The notes under the pieces: model-generated
Databases searched by the model: none
What the model was told of the DNA's origin: nothing
What the model saw: only the letters and a program-made list of their open reading frames with translations
Translations under genes and position numbers: made by a program
From: Lama glama
Taxonomy: Eukaryota
Direction: 5' to 3'
Assembly: GCA_028534125.1 (NCBI GenBank)
Contig: CM052818.1
Span: 28,088,001 to 28,152,000 of the forward strand
Length of the DNA: 64,000 nucleotides
Shown: in pieces, positions 39,555 to 53,249 of the stretch
Position numbering within the stretch: position 1 is the first letter of the stretch
Layout: each line of letters begins with the position of its first letter

Positions 39555-40610
39555 TATTTTTGAAATCTAATTGACATGCATTTTATTAGTTTCAGGCATA
39601 TAATATGTGTACATCTTGCAACATGATCACTAAAATAAGTCCAATTAAAACCCATCACCATACACAGTTACAGAATTTTTTTCTTATGATGAGAACTATT
39701 AAGATCTATTCTCTTAGCAGCTTTCAAACATGTAATACAGTATTAATAATTGTAGTTGCCATGCTGTTCATTATATCTTCATGACTTAATTATGTTATAA
39801 CCTTGAGACAGGAGGGAAGGGGGCAGGGCACAGCCACTCAAGGAATGACAGCAACCAAAATGGTGGAAGATTCACCTCCTAGTTGGCCTTGAGCATTAAG
39901 AGGTTTAGCTTCTAGTAGAACTTGAGCTTCATTATATGCTCATTGTAACAGCATGATCAAATAACATGCCCACAGGCATCATGACAGCCCCAAGGCTAAC
40001 CGCAGAAGGCCAAAGAATGGGTGGTGGCCCAATTCCCGGTAATCCCAGCCCCTTCCCCAGGGCAGTTGGATTAATCCCACCTGTAGGCCTGTGAAGCTAC
40101 TGAGACCATAAAAAGTGACAACAACATGCCTAGTGGCCGCCCCTCTCTCTCTCCCTTTTAGGAGACTGCCCCTATTCTGTCTATGGAATGTGTACCTACT
40201 TTTAATCTGAGCACCCAACCCCCACACCTGTGGCCCTTCTCTTGCCTTTCAGTGTATCTCTCTGAATAAATTTACTTTCACTCAACTGTGGCTCGCTCTT
40301 GAATTATTTCCTGCGCAAAACTAAGGACCCACACTTGGTGGGGCACGTCCCAGGGGCTCAACCAAGACCCGGGGCACAGCCCTTCTCATGCCCCACATCT
40401 GTTTTCCTGCAATAACTGGAAGATTGTTAGTTCTGTGAAATATGCCATTGGAATTTTGATAGGGATTGCATTGAATCTGGAGATTCCTTTGGGTAGTATG
40501 GACATTTTAAATATATTCATCCTTTAATCCATGAGCACAGAATATATTTCCATTTATTTGTCTTCTTCAAGTCCTTTCATCAATGTCCTATAGTTTTCAG
40601 TGTAGAGTAT
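39555..40610 (-). mobile_element. L1 (L1MA9/artiodactyl-like) 3' UTR plus ORF2 piece, interrupted by an LTR
   Basis: 'catcaccatacacagttacagaattttt..gatgagaactattaagatctattctcttagca'. After the LTR, 'aactggaag' jumps to ORF2 'gttctgtgaaatatgccattggaattttgatagggattgcattgaatct'. Confidence 0.85.
39804..40414 (+). mobile_element. MER41-like ERV1 solo LTR
   Basis: Starts 'tgagacaggagggaagggg'; MER41-like core 'gcccacaggcatcatgacag'; AATAAA at ~40265; ends 'ttttcctgcaata'. Confidence 0.8.
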
Positions 40611-40649
40611 TTTTAAACAACCATTATCTTACAACTAGATATAAATATA

Positions 40650-43600
40650 GATGGAGGTTAAGATAATTTTTTCTATAAGTTTTTTAGTTTTTCAGCGCAA
40701 CTTACTGAAAATACTTCCTTTTCCCCATCAATTTTGTAGGCACCTTGGGAAGAAATTAGCTGATTACATAAATGTATATCTATTTCTAGTCTTTATATTC
40801 TGCTCCATTGATACATGCCTATACTTAATCCATTACAGTACTATGTGTTGCAAATATTGTAGGCCACCTTTAAATAAAGTAACAAGTCCTCCAAATCTGT
40901 TTTTGTTCTAAGAATGTATTGGCTATTTTACATATTTTCCATAGAAATGATAAAATAAACTTGTCATTTTCTATCAAAAGAGTCTATAAAGATTTTTTAT
41001 TGTGATTGTATTTCATTTATGTATCAGTTTGAGGAGAAATAACTTCATAACAGTATTGTATCTTCCAGTCTATTAGCACGGAGCATCTTTTAATTTTTTT
41101 AGGTTATCTTTATTTTCTATCAGTAAAATCGCTTCCTTTTTGTGTAGAGGTCTTGCAAGCCTCTTGTTAAATTTACTCCTCAGTATCTTATGTTTCTTTT
41201 ATTGGTATAAAACAAATTGCTTTTAAGTGTCATTTTCTAGTTGTTTGCACTAAAATATAAAAACACAATTGATTTTTATATTGACCTTGTATGTGGTGAC
41301 TTTGTAGAGTTTGTTTATGAGTTTCAAAGGAGCTTTGTTATCATAGATTTTTCATAATTTTCTACCTAATCACATCATGTATAGGGAGAAAAAGGAGTTT
41401 TCCTTCTTTTTTCCAAACTTAGTGACTTTTTTTTCATTAGCTCACCTTATTGTATTGATTAGGACCTACAATACCATGTATAATCAATTAGAGTAGACAA
41501 TCTTGTTTTCTTAAAATCTTAAGGAGAAGGCATACATTTTTATCATTAAGTATAATGCAATCCTTAGGGTTTTCATGATGTCTGTTATTTGCTAGCCATT
41601 TTTTGTTGTTGTTCATAAATAGGTATTGAATTTGGTCAAATTATTTTTCAGCATTTATTCAGCTAATCCTGTGTTTTCTTCTTTATTCTGCTAGTAAGAT
41701 ATATTTCATTGATTGACTTTCTAACGTTAAACCAACCCTGCATCCCTGGTACAAACTCATGTGGTCATGATATGTTATCCCTGCTATATAATGTTGGATA
41801 TTTACTTTGGGAAATTTATGTCTGTGTTCATGGGGAATACATGGGTCTTTAATTTTCTTTTCTTGCAATTATTTTGTCAAGTTTGATACCAGAATCTTGC
41901 TAGTTTCATAAAACTAGTTAGGCAGTGTTCCTTCTTGCCTATTTTTTCAGAAAAGTTAGCATATGAATAATATTCTTCTTTATATGTTTTATAGAATTTA
42001 ACACTAAAACCACCTGGGACTGTACCTTTCTTGGTAGGAAGACTTTGAATTACATTTTTCATTAATAAACTTTGGAATATTCATGTTTTTCTATTTATTA
42101 TTGAGTCAGTTTTGATCAGCTGTGTTCTCTAAAGAATTTATCTGTTTGATCTTGTCAGTGTTTCTTAACCTCATCTGTCTGTATTAATATTTTAGGCTGG
42201 ACAGTTATTTGTCATGGAAGACTGTGCTGAACATGTTGGATGTTTAGTGATGTCCCTGGCCTCTGTCCACCGTGTGCCATTAATACCATTAACACCTCAC
42301 TAGTGTGACAACTAAAACTATCTCCAGACATTGTTTTTAATGTCCCTTGGAGGGCAAAATTATCTTTCTTTGAGAATCCGTTGTCTGAGTAGTAAAATTA
42401 CAGCAAAAAGCTCGTGACATTTTGTATTCATCATTTTGCTTTATTAAGGATTTGTAGTGAAATTCCCTCTTAGTAAAACTGATAATTTTAAATCTTTCTA
42501 TCTCATTATTGTAATTTTGATTTCTTGATGAATCTCATTTTTATTGTATCCATTTTATTAATCTTCTCAAAGAAAGGCCTTTTGACTTGTTTTAATTATT
42601 CTGTCATTTGTTTTCTATTTCACTGGTCTCTGCTTTTATTGTTTCTCTTGCTGTATCTCTCTCCTTTCTTCACTGAATTCTTTTGTAGTAATTTTTAAAA
42701 ATTTTATTTTGAATCTCTCTGACTTTTTAGGTGTACTTTTTTGTATTTTATAATGGTTCATGTAAGATTAATAATACACATCCTTCTCACAGTCTTCCTA
42801 GAATTAAAATTTTATTCTTTTATGCACAAAGAACTTTATATCAATACAAATTTATTTATCCCACATTCTTTTGCTATTGTTGGCATATTATAAATCCTAC
42901 AATGCCGTGTTATAATTTTTAAATTAAATATCTACTTTTTAAAGAAATTAAGGAAATAAAATACAATTTTTATGTTTATTCACACATTCATAATTTCTGA
43001 TTCTCTTTCTATATATCTGAGTTTCCTCTGGGTACCATTTTCTTTCAGTCTAAATATTTTCCTTTGCACTTTTTTAAACTGGCCTATTGTCTGTGTCTTA
43101 GATTTTATTTATCTGAACATGTCTGTATATCAAATTCCACTTAATTTTTTTGGCAAATAGAGAGCTATTGATTATTTTTTCTTTCATCACTTTAAATATG
43201 TTATTCCATTGTCATATAGAGTTTGATGATAAACCAGACATTATTCATGCTTTTATTCCCATATATATATGTTTTTTAAAAATTCCAGCTGTGTTTACAA
43301 TTTTCCTTTTATTTTTGGTTTTTAGAAATTTAAATATGATGTGCCTATTTGTAGTTTTCTTCATTTCTGTTTGCTTGTGTTTGCTGAGTTTCTGTATCTG
43401 TATGTTGTTTTTTGCCAAATTTGTGAAAGTTTCAACTATTGCTTTTTCAATTATTTCTTCTGCCCAGTCTCTTTCTTTTTTCTTCTGGACTTCAAGTCAC
43501 ATGTATGTTAGAATGCAGGTAACTGAAGTTTTTATTCCAAGCTTACTTCTCTCTGTCTTTTCAGATTGTTTATTGACTATTGTTCAGCCTTCAACAATCT

Positions 43601-44450
43601 TGCTAAACATTAATTTCTCAGTCTCCAATCTCTTGTTTATGCTTATCTTTGAAATTTAAAAAATTTATATTACGTATTTAACAGTAGAACTTCTATTGAG
43701 ATTCTTTTTATTGTTCCCATTTCTCTGCTTATATTTTATTTAGTAACTCATTAAAATGTTTTTTTCCCTCTGTCTTTGAATGTATCTGTAATAGCTACTT
43801 TACAGTCTATCTGTTCATTTCAAAATATAGGTCATCTCAGTGTCTACTTTTATAGACATTTTTATCTGTGTTACATTTTCCTATTTTTTGTTTCATATAT
43901 CTTGTGAATTTTATTTCGTATTGAGCATGATGAATGATTTGTTATAAAGATCCTTTAATCTGTTATCTTTCTTTAAACAATGCTTATGTTTGTTCAGTGA
44001 AAGATCAGTATGCTGCCTTATCACATTTAAGTGTGAAGGCTTGAGTTTATACTTTGTTAGTGCTGATCTATTTAATTATTCCTGTAGCATGGTTATTTTG
44101 AGATTTTGATGCAAAGCATGAGATATTTACCAAGGCACTCTAATTTGGCAGTGTTAAAACTGCAATATCTTAAAATCTGGAGTTTTCTACTTGAGTTCTT
44201 GAAATGCTGCATAATGTAAGCAGGTGAATCTCCTTCGGGAAAACTGCAAGTAAATATCTCACCTGCTGAAGTCCCTTCTTTCAAAGGACAAAATCCCTCC
44301 ATATTGTATTTGCTTTTGTTCATTCTCTAGTACTTCGAATAGATGTGTGTGTGTTTACCTGTGTATATTTTTTCCAGAGTTTATAATATTCTTCATTGGA
44401 GGATAAATCTTACACAAACCACTCTGCAATTATCAGAACTGAAGCTTCTT
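40650..44450 (-). mobile_element. Old, internally deleted L1 (ORF2, ORF1 and 5' region), interrupted by MER20
   Basis: Minus-strand ORFs 41877..42062 (LPTKKGTVPGGFSVKFYKTYKEE) and 41683..41868 (NIQHYIAGITYHDH) are decayed L1 ORF2; T-rich antisense ORF1-like sequence at 43.1-43.8 kb. Confidence 0.85.
42156..42383. mobile_element. MER20 hAT-Charlie MITE
   Basis: 'cagtgtttcttaacctc', 'gatgtttagtgatgtccctggcctct', 'gtgacaactaaaactatctccagacattg', 'ttgagaatccgttg'. Confidence 0.9.
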
Positions 44451-45324
44451 ATTTTTAAATAAAATGAATGGAAAGATTTTTTACCAAGTATTAGCCAGGC
44501 TTTCCATTTCCATTTCTTTTCCTTAATATAGATTCTTAGAATTAGAACTATAGGCTTAGATTCTCCCTTCAAAACAAATATATTGATGTGCTTATTATAT
44601 TGATAGATTTTCTAATATTAATGTGTCACATTTTTATTGGAAAACCTACATAACTCTGCTTATATTTTTATTTTGATATTATTGATTATTATATTTTATA
44701 TCTACTTTCAAATAAGAGATACTTCTTTTGGCATCGTAACCTGAATCCATAATCTTTCTGTATTTTCTATAATCAGGTATATTTACAGAAATTATTAATC
44801 TTTAAACATTTAAAACAAAATTGCCAATAAAATCATATGACTCAGAATACCACTTCTAAGTTTTGATAATTTTGTTAGTTTCATTTATTAGATTATCCAT
44901 TTCTTTTAAGAGTAAATTATATTTTCCTGTTAAATTATCAATTCTGATTATTTAAAAGTTAAGTTATGTACTTATTTATCACTCATAACTAATTCATATT
45001 TATTTACTTTATGCATTTACTTACATGCTTGTTTAAAATTTCAATTATTTCTGTTTTATATCACTTTAAACAGTTTTGCAAGAGTTTTGTATACTTTATT
45101 AATTTTACTTTAATTCCAAAATCCACTGTGTTATGAATTTTCTCTCCCTTCTTCTCTTAATTACTGGAGTTCCAAAAGTGGTGGAGGATTTACGGTAATT
45201 CAGATGACTTCATTTGGAACAGTATGCTCTGTGTTTTCCAGTAGGCTTTGTTTTTCATTTTCTATGTAGATCAATTGGCCTTAAAGTCAGTGGACATTCT
45301 AGCCATACCCTGTGTTTAGGTAGA

Positions 45325-45560
45325 GGAATATTTTGGTATGATTTGCATATAATAAAATGCAGATAGTAAGTGGATGGTTCAATGATTTTGGACAAATATA
45401 TATATCCTGTTACGTCCCTGAAAGTACCACCATAATCAAATTGTAGAATTATGTTCACCTCCTCAGAAAGTTCCCTTTTGACCTTTTGTAGTTAACGTCT
45501 TCCACCCAATTCTCATCCAAAACAATGATGTGATTTACATCAGTATTGCTTAGGATTTAT
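45325..45560 (-). mobile_element. L1ME/MB-like 3' end fragment
   Basis: 'ggtatgatttgcatataataaaatgcaga...ttcaatgattttggacaaat...cagaaagttccctt'. Confidence 0.7.
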
Positions 45561-45929
45561 CAGGAGTTATCATCTTTATTTGTTTTTTTTTGTTTTGGTT
45601 TGGTTTTTTTTGGTGGTGGTGGTGTTGATAATTTTGGGAGGTACTTTTCCTGTTCAGGTGGCATTTTTAATTTAGGCCAGTATTCATTCATTGAATCAAA
45701 GTTTTAACATGTAATCATCTCAAATAATATTTTCAAGCTGATTATTGTTTTGTTTTTGTTTTTAATTTGAAGCCTGTAATTTTTATTCTCCAACCAGAGA
45801 TACACTTTAAATTTTATCTAAATCTTATAGGAAGTAGTTTAGAGAGAGTATGAGGGATACCCTAGTACAAGGGTCTGTAAAGGACCAGGATAAAATAAAT
45901 CTTTTTTTTAGAGAGACATTAACAGATCG

Positions 45930-46130
45930 CTGTGAATGTGGCTTATACATTTTATAGCTATGTGACTGAGTTAATTATTTAACCTTTTCAAGACTGTGTT
46001 TGCTGGCACTAGTAAGTGTGATTAATAATGCTAAATGCAAAGGCTATGTGTGAAAATTAATTGAGGTCTTATATTGAAGTCCCTGGCATAATGTTTGGCA
46101 TATATTATGTACCACATAAATATTACTGAT
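45930..46130 (+). mobile_element. MIR SINE
   Basis: 'agctatgtgactgagttaattatttaacct...aagtccctggcataatgtttggcatat'. Confidence 0.55.
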
Positions 46131-48369
46131 TTCTTATTGCCTCAGAGAATTATTGTAATTTGGTCATAACCTGGATATTACAGAGAAATCTTGATTAATT
46201 ATATTAGCTGTGTCATGGCTTTTAAGGTTCTTATTTCTTTTTAAAGATATACTGGAGTAATTTATGGATAATAAGATTCCTGGGATTCACTATAAAATAT
46301 TTCTTCAAAGAAATAAAGAAAAGAAGGGAGGGAAGGAAGGAGACGGGGTGAAAGGACAGAGGATGAATAAATGCAAAAAAATAGAAAAAAATTAAGAAAA
46401 TATTGATAATGCATACAGATATGTTTAATATACTATTTTCTAATTTTGTTTGTATTTGAAAATTTACATTGAAAACATTTTCCATGAAAACTATCACACA
46501 TTCTTGAAAAAGAGCTTACCTGTTATTATATTTGCCTTGAAAATGTTTTGGGAAGGAAAATTTGCCTTGTTAGAAATACACCTTAATTTCTTTTTTAAAA
46601 AATTCATGTATGGAAGATTTATAGTGTGTCACAGTCTAGAGGAAAACAAAAAGCCTTGAAATTATAGTGTAATTACTATAGCCAAACTTTATGTGGTTTG
46701 CAGTTTTTCTAACTATCAGATTGCTAAAGACAAATGTGAAAGACACAGAAGTGGAAAGCAGACCAGATTTACTGAGATTTAACAAAATGACAATACAGTT
46801 GTGTGGAGATTAAATCAGGAAAAAGAAAAAGACACCAGAATTCTTTTGTATTTAGGATCCATTAATTCTAAGAAAAGTGGTACAGATTTCAAGGACTGAG
46901 TTCTGCTTTGAGTAATATATGATTGTTAAATTTCCAGGATTTGTACACATTTTATAAATCCCTCAATTTTACACATTAAAGGAAAGATTGATTTATTTTT
47001 TCACAACCATAATCTATGTCAAACTAATAGGAAAATTGAGCTGAAGGTGACATACAAGTCTGTATTTACTCATATATTAACAGCGAGGTCAGCCAGTCAC
47101 TTAGAGATGCGAGAAGACGTAACTGTTGAGGGTTCACAGAGAAGGCATTATGTGAGGTCCTGGGGAGTCAGAGCAGAACCCACAGAAGCTTAGAAAATTG
47201 TGTTGGGTGCTTTGTTCCCTTGTCGTTTCCCACTGAAGCCCCTCTGAGGAAGCATTGTTCTTTTCTGAGCTCATGATGCTTCCTGTCTTTATGAGGAAAA
47301 CCCAATCTAATATATGATAATTTGCTTTTTCCTTCCCAGAAGGAAGGACTGGGCCAAATGTTATTTTGATTCTGGCCAAAAGATTTTTCAAGCCTGAAGA
47401 GATCACTTCAAGTGCTTTTATCTTCTAGCAAGATTGCTCTTCAGTTATTCCAAATGTATGGAAATATTTCCATTCAGTAGAGCAGCGTCCGCCATACTTA
47501 AGTTGTCCATCTCCATGAGTTGTAATGTTTATAGGTAGCTTAATAAGGTGTTTCTCTTGTACTAAATTTTAGCTTCAGAGCATTTCAGCTGATGGAAGTG
47601 CTCCATCCATCACTGAAGATTTTCCTTTTCCCTATTAGTTCTTATTTACTGCTTCTTCAGCATATGCTTTGCAGGATTTCATAGTCCCCCACATGTAAAT
47701 TACATATCACTTTGGTATTTAAATCAATGAATTTAAATTACTGCATAATGATTAGTTTCAGTTTGCCTTCACTTAAGAAAGATGATATAATTAAACATGT
47801 TTGTTTAATCAGGCCTTGCAAATGAACCTGTACATTTACATTAGGTCTCTATGAGAAGAGTTAACGCCCTTAAGCTTTTTAAACCATTTGGGAAAGGTTG
47901 TCAGTTCTACCACTAAGTCAACAGTCTTTTCCTTTTTCCTTTTCTCCTTTCCTCAACTTCTCCTCTCTTTTTACCTCTTTTCTTATCCCTTTCTCCCTAT
48001 CCCGATCCCTACCCATTTCCCCCTGCCCTTCTTCTATTTCATGCTTATGGTATGTGCTCAACACTATGCTAAATACTGAAAATAGAATATTGAATAACTT
48101 AGAAGCTGATCTGACTTGTATTTTCAGCCAGGAATCAGTTAAACTTGCTCTCAGTTCCCGTGCCCAGAAAACTTGCATATTGGTCAGAGAAATCTTATAA
48201 AAGTTGAAGGGGGAGGTGATTTTAAAGGAAGGTCAGTATGTTCTGAGCTATCAAGATGTTGAGATGAATGAGAATTATAGCCACCTAGAAGATTTTATGC
48301 AGGCTCTTTTATCACCAGAAGTTCAATTTGGGACTCTTACACATCTTCCATGGTTTAACATCCTCAGTC

Positions 48370-49265
48370 TTCACTGTATCTTCTCAAATATATGGCATAT
48401 AGTTATAAAAACTATTTCATATTGCAGTCTACTATTTTATCATCTGTGTAATATCTCCATTTGTTTCTAATGGTTGATTTTTCTCCTCATTATGGGTTGT
48501 ATTTTCTTGCTTTCAATGCCTAGCGATTTTTTACTGGATGCTAGACATTCTTATTTTACCTTTTTGAGAACTGGGAAATTATATATTCCTTTAACTGTGA
48601 ACTTTGAGCTAGGATACAGTTAACTACTTGGAAATAATTTAATCCCTTTAAGGCTTACTTTTAAGATTTGTTATGTGGAATCAGAGCACTTTAAGTCTGG
48701 AGTTAATTTTGCTCCATTATTGAGACAAAAACAGCTTCTGAGTATTCTACCTATGCATTACAAGGGTTTCCACTCTGTGTGGTGGTGTACCTAACTGTTC
48801 TTGGCCCTTTGTGAGTGCTGAGAACTGTGTCACCTTGTCCCAGGCTGCGCTAACCAGTGCTCAACTGAGGACTCAAGGAGAACCCTCGGAAAATCTCCAA
48901 AGCTCTCTCTCCGTGAAGCTCTCTCTTTGCAGAACTTTCCTTTTTATGTGGCTCTTTTTCTCTCCGTCCAGAAATCTCCTCTTGGACTATATTCTGCATA
49001 TTCTGGTCAAGTTGGCCTCCTGAGTTCTGAACTTTATCTCCTCAACTGAGGAAGTTTGCTGGCGTCTGCCTGGGTTCCCCATGGCTGTGCTGTGTGGCCA
49101 GGAAACGGTTTCAGGAGTAATTCGGGGCAATAATTGCATCATCTGATTTGTTTCTCTTATCTCAGGGACCAATGCATTGTGCTGAAATTGTTGTCATACA
49201 TATTTTGTCAAAATGTTTTAGTTGTTTATGGCAAGACAGTATATCCAATCTTGTTAGTCCATATT
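48370..49265 (-). mobile_element. Old L1 5' region
   Basis: 'tttctaatggttgattttctcctcattatgggttgtattttcttgc', 'gctcaactgaggactcaaggagaaccctc', 'ttgtttctcttatctcagggac'. Confidence 0.7.
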
Positions 49266-50439
49266 GACCAGAAGCCTATATATGTTACTCTAATCCTCAT
49301 AGCAAAGAGTTATTACTATATCCAAAAAAGCAATTACTATATCAATCTACGAACAATAACTTACTCTAAATTACGTATTTTGTATGCAGAGTCAATAGGC
49401 AAACTCCAGTCTCTCATAAAGACATTCATATTGATTCCACTCTTGCATTTGATCACATATTCTTGTAGTGTGCCCAACACTACACTAAATACTAGAAATG
49501 AAATACTGAATAACTTAGAAGCTGATCTGACTTATATTCTAGTGGAGGAGAAATGCCCAATAAAGTTTTTGGAAAAAAAAAGAAAAGTAACAGGAAAAGA
49601 AAGTAAACTTAGGCAGTATTTCAAAGTTACTAAATGAAGGTTTCCTAAAACTGATTAATAAAAATCATATATCTAGACCATTGTTCATGTGCGTTTTAAT
49701 ATTCTCACTTAGAGATGAGAATGAAAAACGCTTTCCAATCTTTATTTTATTTTGAGAGAGAAGAGGCAAAGAAATCCAGACTGGTAAGAAACTGATAGCA
49801 GCAAAAAATTCAGTGAAATAGATAATAGTCACTGACAAGTTTAAGTCATTAAAGAGACATGGTGTGCGATGGGAGTTCAATTTTATTCTGACAGATAAAT
49901 CCTGGTTTAAAAATACCTTTTTTGTGATCTGGAAAATGATCAGAAGAAAATTCTGAGTACGCAAACAATGGTAATAAATCATTTGCATGTAGAGAAACAG
50001 TATATCAGATGATACCAGTTTAAATATCTCATGAGGAATTGAATTAAGATCAGCAGCAAGAATCTCAACTAAAATTTAAAGGAGAAAATGAGATAAAAGG
50101 CAGGCTAGTCCATGCCTGGTTCTGACTGCTTATGCAGTGACGAAGATGCATCTTAGTTTCATAGCCAAAGCACAAAGCTAAGCCTTCTTATCTCACTCTT
50201 CACCCTTATTATTGTGTTAATCATGGAAAGAAATGAAGATGGCCTGTAATTGCTTCTACTTTTGTCCAAATGACGTATGAAACTTACCTGATATGACAAA
50301 TCTTTTGAGTCTCTAATGTTATAAACGGGCTATTGCTTCATATATATAATTTCTGTAGAATTACATATCTTTAGAAAAAATATATTTCTGAAAATACCCT
50401 ATAAACAGTGTGTGTTTATATTTAAATTATCATTCAGTT

Positions 50440-52565
50440 CAATTTATTTTTTACTCTTTTCATGTACAGTTTTTGATTTTTTAATTTTTAATTTTTTAAT
50501 TCTGTGACTTTTATTATATGTACGGATTCATACAGTCGGTGTCATAAGGACAATTCCTTCACGCAAACATACTTCCTCATACTTTCCATATGTTCTCCCC
50601 ACCCTAAACCTGAGAACCAACCTGTTCTCCATTACTAAAGTTTTATTTTCCATAAGGTATATGTAAATAAAATCCAATAGCATGTAACCTTTGAGACAGT
50701 AACCTTTTGAGACTGAATTATTTTACTTGATATAATGCACATGAGATCCATTCAAGTTGTTGCATGTACCAGTAATTTGTTCTTTTTTATTAATGAGTGG
50801 TATTCCGCAGGATGATTGTACTATAGTTTGTTTATCCACTTACCCACGGAAAAGATTTTTGGATTATTTCTAATTTTTGGCAATTATTAATACAGCTGCT
50901 CTAGCCTGTCTCACTATTTTCCTGTGTCAGTAAAGCATTCAAAGCTTTTGCAGTGTTCTTATCTCCCACTCAGTAGTCAGTCTGGGAGCTAGGTGGATGT
51001 CTATCCATTAGCTTGGTTCTCAGTTTTTGGAATGATAACTAGGATCAGGTGCACACATGGGCAGCTAGGGAAGTGGAAACAGGGTTCATGAGCAACTTTA
51101 TGGAGTTGCTTTCCTGAGGGTCTCCTGCTTTGATTCGTGATCTCTCTGGTTCTTCCCAGTTCCCTAGTATTCTCCTTTTCCTTCTTCCATCCAGAAGCCA
51201 TCCATTTCTATTACTGCCATTTTGTGTCTGAGACTAAGCAGTAATGAGGGGTATGGAGAATAAGAGAGTTGAGAGAGAGGGAAAGAGAGGATAGAGAAAG
51301 AGAAACAGGGACAGAGGAAAATCAAAGGAGTTGGTCCTGCCCAGTTGAGAGAACTGTTTTACTCAACCTGAAGGAAGGTTCCCTCCCTCATAGTTTGACT
51401 CTTCTGGTTTTTTTTACTGTCACTGTTACGCTATCACCATGGGATTGCCTAAGCACTGGACCATGAGACAGTGAACCTTTGGGTTATTTTCAGATTTTAA
51501 AAATCATGAATGATGCTGCTATAAGCATTCATACATATGTTTGTTGGGGACAAATATTTTTATTTCTCTAGGTACAATACCCAGGGATAAGACTGCTGGG
51601 TCAAATGGTAAGTGTATATTTAACTTTGTAAGTTGTCAGACAACTTTCCAGAGTGGCTATCACATTGCGTATTCCCACCAGCAATGCATGACAGTCCCAT
51701 TTGCTCTGTTTTTCAATCTTGGTATTGTCTATAATTTTACTTTAGTTATCCTAATATTTAGGTAGCAGTATGTCATTGTGGTGTAAATGTGGATTTTCTT
51801 AAAAGCTAATGATGCTGGTCATCTTTCCATGTGATTATTGCCATCCTTATATCCTGTTTGGAGATGGGTCTGTTCAGTCCTTTGTTAATTTTGTAAAATT
51901 GAGCTGCTTATTGTAATATTGTTAGGTTTTGAGGGTTCTTTATGTAACTTGGATACAGTCCTTTGTAGATGTGTGATTTGCAAATATTTTCTTTCAATCT
52001 ATTTCTTGTCTTTTTACTCTTTTGGTGGTGTCTTTGACAGAGCAAAAGCTTTCAATTTTGATAAAGTTCTGTTTATAATTTTTTTATCATCAAATAAGAT
52101 TTTGGTGTCATTTCTAAGAGCTCGTATTCTAAATCTAGATCATGAGAATTTTTCTTGAGTTTCTTCTGAAAGTTTTATAATTTTTAGTTTTCAATTTAAA
52201 TTTATAATTTATTTGGAGTTCATCTTTTTATGCGGTATGAGACTTTAGCTCAAGGTTTGTTGTTTTTGCCTATGGGTGACCAATTGTTACAAAATCATTT
52301 GTTGCAATGACTATCTTTTCTCTATTTAACTTTTTTTCACCTTTGTTAAATATCAAATGGCTATTTTTTTGAGTCAATGTCTGCATTGCCTATTTTGTTC
52401 CAATGATCTATGTCTTTCTCTGTCAGTACCACCTTCTTGATTATTGTAGCTTTATAATAAGTCTTAAAATCAAGTAGTATGATTTCTTCAACCTTGTGCT
52501 TTATAAAAATTGTTATAGCTATTTCAGTTCCTTTGTTCTTGCATATAAGTTTTAGAATCAGCTAA
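50440..52565 (-). mobile_element. L1 (L1MB/MC-like) 3' UTR and ORF2 end, with an unassigned repeat-like insert at ~50.9-51.47 kb
   Basis: 'gagatccattcaagttgttgcatg', 'gctgggtcaaatggtaagtgtatatttaacttt', 'gattattgtagctttataataagtcttaaaatc'. Confidence 0.85.
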
Positions 52566-53249
52566 TACAAGCCATTTCAAAGAAATAATAACTTATGCCT
52601 TTAATCATAGGTAACATGGAGTAAAATCAGTTTCAATTTCTCTTATTTAAGGAGAAAAATGAATATTTTATTTTATTTTTTGAATAGTGTATGTTTGATT
52701 TTTACAGAAACCAAGTTACAGAGCATTAGCTACATAAAGTTTAAGATCAAAACATATGCATATCTTATATATATAAATATGATTTTTATATATGTATATA
52801 TATATATATGACCTACCTACCAGTTGTCTGTTAATTGATTCATTTGAAACTGACTCATTTCCCATAGACTACTGGGTTCCTATAAAAAGTTACAAATACT
52901 ATACTAAAAGTAAATGTAATAGTTAAACATTAAAAGTCTGTAATTAAGTTGGTGAGTATAAGATATCTTCTAAACACCATTACCAATGACAATATTTGGG
53001 TTTTGGTAGCCCTCAAGATGAATAATGGTAGATGTTTTAAAAAATTTGGTCTTCCATTGGGTCAGGCCCAACTAATCCAGTACCTTATTTTCTGCTAGAT
53101 CTTATCTACCTCTGTAGAGCCCCAAATTCCAGATTTTTTTTATGGCCTCTTTTATGCTGATCTAATTCTGAAAAATGGGATCAGAGAAAAAGTTCACTTG
53201 TCATTTTCTGGAAAAAAAGCTTTTCCCCAAAAAGACAATTGGAATGATG

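Noticed and set aside
33436..40227. ORFs inside the LTR cluster as possible gag/pol/env
   Set aside because: No retroviral protein motifs and no primer-binding site or internal region seen; all appear to be solo LTRs.
43150..43659. 169-aa hydrophobic ORF resembling a membrane protein
   Set aside because: Antisense frame of A-rich L1 sequence; the F/L/I richness follows from T-rich composition.
49134..49637. 167-aa ORF
   Set aside because: Non-ATG start, spans L1 and L2-like debris, and has no recognisable domain.
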